Positions 28,172 through 32,000 of a stretch of DNA of 32,000 bases are shown here, piece by piece (positions within the stretch are counted from its first letter, which is position 1; every line of letters begins with the position of its first letter). The stretch is from Kineococcus radiotolerans SRS30216 = ATCC BAA-149 (GTDB lineage: Bacteria > Actinomycetota > Actinomycetes > Actinomycetales > Kineococcaceae): assembly GCF_000017305.1 (NCBI RefSeq), contig NC_009664.2, positions 1,530,001 to 1,562,000 of the forward strand, written 5' to 3'. The position numbers were made by a program, and so were the translations under genes. Below the pieces are notes generated by a model that saw nothing but the letters and a program-made list of their open reading frames with translations, was not told the DNA's origin and searched no databases.

Positions 28172-28987
28172 TCACGCCGGGGCGCCCGCGGGCCCGGAGG
28201 AGCCCGCCGGCCCCGCGGACACGCGCCGCGCGAAGCGGACCGTCGCGGCGTGCACGGCGTCGGCGTCGAGGTCGGAGGTGATCTCGTGGAACCCGTTGAG
28301 GTAGACGACCTCGGTGACGTCGCGCGAGCTCACCCCCCGCCGGACCGTGCGGGCCGACACCGGCGGCACCACGTGGTCGACGCGGGAACGCATCAGCAGC
28401 AGCGGCTGGTGCACGCGGGCGAGGTCGCGACGGACCTCGGCCCACCCGGCCACCTGGGAGACCAGGGCGCGCAGCGGCGTGCGGTCGTAGGCGAGGACGG
28501 CGGCGCCGGGGTCGGCGAGGTCGCCGGCGATCGCCGGCCAGGTGGGGGCGACGCGCCCGAGGGTCGCGACGGCCAGGGTGCGCAGCGGGTCCAGCGCGAC
28601 GGCGGGGTTGGCCAGGGCGAGCGCGTGGACCCGGTCGGGGTGGAGCTGGGCCAGGCGCAGGGCGAGCCCGCCCCCCATGGAGATCCCCGCGACCACGACG
28701 ACCTCGTTGTCCAGCCGGGACAGGGCCCCGGTGGCGGCGGCCAGCCACTCCCCCCACGTCGTGCGGTCGCAGTCGGCGGGGGTGGTGCCGTGACCGGGCA
28801 GCAGCGGGACCTCGACGTCGGCGCCGGCGCGGTGCAGCTCCTCGGCCCAGCCCGCGACGGTGAGCGGGGTCGCGGTGAAGCCGTGCAGGACGAGGGCGCC
28901 GACGCGCGCGCGGCCCCCGGCGCGGCGGGAGAACCCGTGCACGCGGGGGTCGTCGGTGCGCTCGGCGAGGTTCCCGGTGGCCCTCAC
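28172..28987 (-). CDS. alpha/beta hydrolase (esterase/lipase-like, Ser nucleophile)
   Basis: HGFT oxyanion motif and nucleophile elbow GISMGG. GTG 28987 forms a GTGA overlap with the tsaE stop; the longer ORF-track start 29170 would overlap tsaE. Confidence 0.8.
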   Translation of the reverse strand: MRATGNLAERTDDPRVHGFSRRAGGRARVGALVLHGFTATPLTVAGWAEELHRAGADVEVPLLPGHGTTPADCDRTTWGEWLAAATGALSRLDNEVVVVAGISMGGGLALRLAQLHPDRVHALALANPAVALDPLRTLAVATLGRVAPTWPAIAGDLADPGAAVLAYDRTPLRALVSQVAGWAEVRRDLARVHQPLLLMRSRVDHVVPPVSARTVRRGVSSRDVTEVVYLNGFHEITSDLDADAVHAATVRFARRVSAGPAGSSGPAGAPA

Positions 28988-29514
28988 CCGAGGTCGACCC
29001 CCGCCCAGCGCTCCCCGATCCCCCGCACGGTGACCCGGCGCGGCTCCACCGGTGCCTCGTCCTCCGCGGCCGCGACGCCGTCCGGCCCGCCGCCGGCCGC
29101 GCCGTGCGGGCGCAGCAGGTCGATCTCCAGCCGGTCGCGGGAGAGCTCCTCCACCAGGCCCCGGCCCCACTCCACGACGGTGACGGCCTCCTCGGCGTCG
29201 GTGTCCAGGTCGAGGTCGTCGACCTCGGCCAGCGACCCGAGGCGGTACGCGTCGACGTGGACGAGTTCGGGCCCGCCGACCAGCGAGGGGTGCACGCGGG
29301 CGATGACGAACGTCGGGGACGTGACCGGGCCGCGCACGCCCAGGGCGCGGGCCAGCCCCCGGGTGAAGGTGGTCTTGCCCGCCCCCAGGTCCCCCGAGAG
29401 GAGCACGAGGTCCCCGGCCCGCAGGGACGCCCCGACCCGGGCCCCGAAGGCCTCGGTGTCCTGCGGGCCGGGCAGGACGAGTTCGCGCCGCGGCGCGGCG
29501 GGGGGCACGCTCAC
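28984..29514 (-). CDS. tsaE: tRNA t6A37 biosynthesis ATPase TsaE
   Basis: Walker A GDLGAGKTTFTRG, SPTF motif and HVDAYRL. GTG 29514 overlaps the upstream stop (GTGA). Confidence 0.9.
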   Translation of the reverse strand: MSVPPAAPRRELVLPGPQDTEAFGARVGASLRAGDLVLLSGDLGAGKTTFTRGLARALGVRGPVTSPTFVIARVHPSLVGGPELVHVDAYRLGSLAEVDDLDLDTDAEEAVTVVEWGRGLVEELSRDRLEIDLLRPHGAAGGGPDGVAAAEDEAPVEPRRVTVRGIGERWAGVDLG

Positions 29515-30521
29515 CGCGACCGCCGCCGGGGGCGCCGGGCCAGCGGGACGACGACCTCGTGCCGGGCCGCCGCCGGGCCCGAGCGCGCCAGCAGGCGCTC
29601 CAGGCGGGCGGTGAGGACCGTCGGGTGCTCCAGCATGACCAGGTGGCCCGCCCCGCGGACCAGGACGTGCTCGGCCCCGGGCAGGGCCTCGGCGACCTCG
29701 CGCCCGTGGGCGGGGGGCGTCATGAGGTCCCGCTCCGCGGTCACCACCAGCGCGGGGCGCCCGGCCAGCCCGCTCAGCGCCGCCCGCTCGTCCAGGCCGC
29801 CGAAGGCCGGCAGGAGGTCGGCGACGACGTCCACCGGGGTCTCGGCCACCATCCGCGCGGCCAGCCGCACCAGCTCCGGGGCGACCGGCCCGGCGAAGCT
29901 CCAGTGCCGCACGAGGCGCTGCTCGAGGTCCGCGCCGGGGCGGCGGCCGCGCTCTGGCGCCTCGCCCCGCCCGGGCGCGCGCTCCAGGGCGAGCTCGGCC
30001 CGGCGGACCAGGTGGTGCCCGAGCACCGGCAGGCCGTGGTCGACGGCCGTCAGGGCGCGGGCGCCGGTGGCGACGAGAGCCACGCCCTCGACGCGCGGCA
30101 GCAGGTCCGGCCGACGGGCGGCCAGCTCCATCACCGCCATCCCGCCCAGGCAGTGCCCCACCAGGACCAGCGGCCCGGTGGGGGCGACGGCGTCGACGAC
30201 CTGCCCGAGGTCGTCGGCGAGGCGGGCCACCGCCACCGGCCCCGCCGGTCCCCGCGTCGAGCGGCCGTGCCCGCGCAGGTCCGGCAGCACCAGCCGGTAC
30301 CGCCCGCGCAGCGCGAGCCGCTGGAAGTGCCAGCAGTCCGAGGACAGCGCGTAGCCGTGGGCGAGGACGACCGTCGGGGCGCCGTCGCGGTCGGCGGGGT
30401 CCACCTCGACGTGCAGCCGGGCCCCGTCGTCGGTCTCGACCTCGACGGGGTCCCCGACCAGGCGCTGCAGCTCCTCGCGGCGGGCGCCGGGGTGCCGGCG
30501 GGGGCTCAGCACGGGCCTCAC
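29511..30521 (-). CDS. alpha/beta hydrolase-fold protein with Cys in the nucleophile elbow (GHCLGG)
   Basis: VVLAHGYA oxyanion region, elbow LVGHCLGGMAV (Cys codon at 30150-30152), Asp in ERDLMTP and His in GAGHLVMLEHP. GTG 30521 overlaps the alr stop (GTGA). The rest of ORF 29511..31898 is an out-of-frame overlap of alr. Confidence 0.75.
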   Translation of the reverse strand: MRPVLSPRRHPGARREELQRLVGDPVEVETDDGARLHVEVDPADRDGAPTVVLAHGYALSSDCWHFQRLALRGRYRLVLPDLRGHGRSTRGPAGPVAVARLADDLGQVVDAVAPTGPLVLVGHCLGGMAVMELAARRPDLLPRVEGVALVATGARALTAVDHGLPVLGHHLVRRAELALERAPGRGEAPERGRRPGADLEQRLVRHWSFAGPVAPELVRLAARMVAETPVDVVADLLPAFGGLDERAALSGLAGRPALVVTAERDLMTPPAHGREVAEALPGAEHVLVRGAGHLVMLEHPTVLTARLERLLARSGPAAARHEVVVPLARRPRRRSR

Positions 30522-31765
30522 GCGCGGTCCCCCACCAGGTCCGCCGGGTCCGCGAGGGGCGCCGCCAGGCCCGCCGCGGGGACCTCCGCGGGGCCCGTCG
30601 CGAGGTCCTCCGCGAGCCGCCCGGTGTAGCGGCGCGGGACGCGGGCCCCGACGCGGGTGACGATCTCCCAGGAGATCGTGCCCGCCGCCCGCGCCCAGTC
30701 GTCGGCGGTGGCCTCCCCGCGGGTGCCGGGACCGAGGACGACCGCCACCTCGCCCGGCGCGACGGCGTCGTCGCCGAGGTCGAGGACCACCTGGTCCATG
30801 CAGACCCGGCCGGCGATGCGGCGGCGCGCCCCGGCGACGAGGACCTCCCCGGAGCGCTCGCCGTCCCAGGAGGCGTGCCGCGGCAGCCCGTCGCCGTAGC
30901 CCAGCGGCACCAGCCCCAGCGTCGTGTCGCGCTCGGCGGTGTAGGTCAGCCCGTAGGAGACCCCCGCCCCGCGGGGCACCCGGCGCACGTGCGCGAGGCG
31001 CGCCTGGAGCGTCATCGCCGGGACCAGGCCGAGGTCGGCCCCGGTGGCGAGGTCCGGGGCCGGGGAGAGCCCGTAGGCGGCCAGCCCGACCCGCACCAGG
31101 TCGTAGCGGGCCTGCGGCACGAACAGCGCGGCCGCGGAGTTCGCGTGGTGGCGCAGCCCCGGCTCGACGCCGTGGCGGCGGGCGGTCCCCAGCGCCGCCT
31201 CGAACGCGGCCAGCTGCGCGGGCACGGAGGGGTCGCCGGGGACGTCGGCGCTGGCGAAGTGCGCCCAGGTGCCGCGCACCCGCACCGTCCCGTCCGCGAC
31301 GTGCCCCGCCACCGCGTCCAGCAGCGCCGGCCACTCCTCCGGGGAGGCCCCCCCGCGCGACATGCCGGTGTCGACCTCCAGGTGGATCCGCGCCGTCGTC
31401 GCGCTCGCGCGGGCGGCGGCGACGACCTCCTCCAGGGCCCACACCGCGGCGACGGACACGTCCACCCCGCGGCGCAGCGCCGGGACGAGGTCGGTGCCGG
31501 GGGTGAGGATCCAGGCGAGCAGGTCGGCCTCGACGCCGGCCCCGCGCAGCGCGAGGGCCTCGTGGACGTGCGCCACCCCGAGCCACGTCGCCCCGCCCGC
31601 GAGCGCCGCCCGCGCCGCGGGCACGAGCCCGTGCCCGTAGGCGTCGGCCTTGACCACGGCCATCACCTGCGGGCCGCCGACGCGCTCGCGCACGACGGCG
31701 ACGTTGCGGGCGATGGCGTCGAGGTCGACGACGGCTTCCGCGGGCACCCCCGGTCGTGGTTGCAC
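30518..31765 (-). CDS. alr: alanine racemase
   Basis: PLP-lysine motif VVKADAYGHG, a TIM-barrel N-domain and a C-terminal beta domain (VCMDQVVLDLG). GTG start at 31765. Confidence 0.95.
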   Translation of the reverse strand: MQPRPGVPAEAVVDLDAIARNVAVVRERVGGPQVMAVVKADAYGHGLVPAARAALAGGATWLGVAHVHEALALRGAGVEADLLAWILTPGTDLVPALRRGVDVSVAAVWALEEVVAAARASATTARIHLEVDTGMSRGGASPEEWPALLDAVAGHVADGTVRVRGTWAHFASADVPGDPSVPAQLAAFEAALGTARRHGVEPGLRHHANSAAALFVPQARYDLVRVGLAAYGLSPAPDLATGADLGLVPAMTLQARLAHVRRVPRGAGVSYGLTYTAERDTTLGLVPLGYGDGLPRHASWDGERSGEVLVAGARRRIAGRVCMDQVVLDLGDDAVAPGEVAVVLGPGTRGEATADDWARAAGTISWEIVTRVGARVPRRYTGRLAEDLATGPAEVPAAGLAAPLADPADLVGDRA

Positions 31766-31786
31766 GTCCCGACGGTACCGCCCGGG

Positions 31787-32000
31787 TCAGCCGCCGGTCC
31801 CGGCCCACCCGGGCAGCGAGGTGAGCGCCGCGGGGACGGCGTCGGCGACGTCGAGGGCGGCCAGCGGGCCGCCCGCGGAGGCGAGGGTCGCGGCCCACCC
31901 GTGCAGGACGGCGGCGTCCGCGGCGACCTGCGCGGGGTCCTCGTCCGGGCGCGCGGCCAGGGCCGCGCCGAGCACCCCGGCCAGGACGTCGCCCGCACCG
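31787..32000 (-). CDS. NAD(P)H-hydrate dehydratase (YjeF/Nnr C-terminal domain), 3' fragment
   Basis: The frame is open to the window edge. GAGDVLAGV is the conserved motif near the C-terminus of the YjeF-C/carbohydrate-kinase family. Confidence 0.65.
   Translation of the reverse strand, partial: GAGDVLAGVLGAALAARPDEDPAQVAADAAVLHGWAATLASAGGPLAALDVADAVPAALTSLPGWAGTGG

Noticed and set aside
29511-31898. 795-aa minus-strand ORF read as a single protein
   Set aside because: Upstream of 30521 this frame overlaps alr out of frame and is Arg/Gly/Pro junk. A GTGA junction at 30518-30521 gives a sensible 336-aa hydrolase. The same logic trims ORF 13572..15554 to 13572..14531 and ORF 28172..29170 to 28172..28987.

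Overview
High-GC actinobacterial chromosomal window, almost entirely coding. Family calls come from motifs read in the translations; no database search was run. The gene order matches, from memory, a conserved Actinomycetota core block. On the minus strand from the right edge: nnr-like (partial), alr, alpha/beta hydrolase, tsaE, alpha/beta hydrolase, tsaB, MFS transporter, rimI. Then a plus-strand SAM-methyltransferase-like gene, groES-groEL (His-rich tail, two CIRCE operators), whiB3/whiD (plus strand), a MerR-like regulator, a BldM-like NarL-family response regulator, an ECF sigma (SigD-like) with an RsdA-like anti-sigma, guaB, guaB3 and an SDR. The stretch between guaB3 and guaA looks more variable: SDR, MFS, SDR, and a heterodimeric ABC exporter pair. 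Left of guaA lie a PAS-GAF-PP2C phosphatase, a MocR/GntR-aminotransferase regulator, a doubtful small membrane ORF, a SURF1-DUF3817-Nudix operon and the 3' end of an MMPL transporter. I found no rRNA, tRNA, CRISPR, transposase, integrase or phage genes. I do not see a convincing novel multi-gene system. The unusual signals are local: (1) a dense phased array of GTTCAG/CTGAAC hexamers in the merR-like/whiB3 divergent intergenic region; (2) an in-frame 7 x 15-bp repeat encoding (GHLRD)7 at the N-terminus of the anti-sigma factor, with only synonymous variation; (3) an ABC heterodimer in which one nucleotide-binding site is degraded on both contributing subunits, including total loss of the P-loop; (4) a 15-bp x 4.5 intergenic tandem repeat; (5) an 11-bp inverted repeat abutting the bldM-like ribosome-binding site; (6) an alpha/beta hydrolase with Cys in the nucleophile elbow, translationally coupled between alr and tsaE; (7) absence of tsaD from its usual slot. 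The many long ORFs antisense to or out of frame with these genes are treated as high-GC artefacts.
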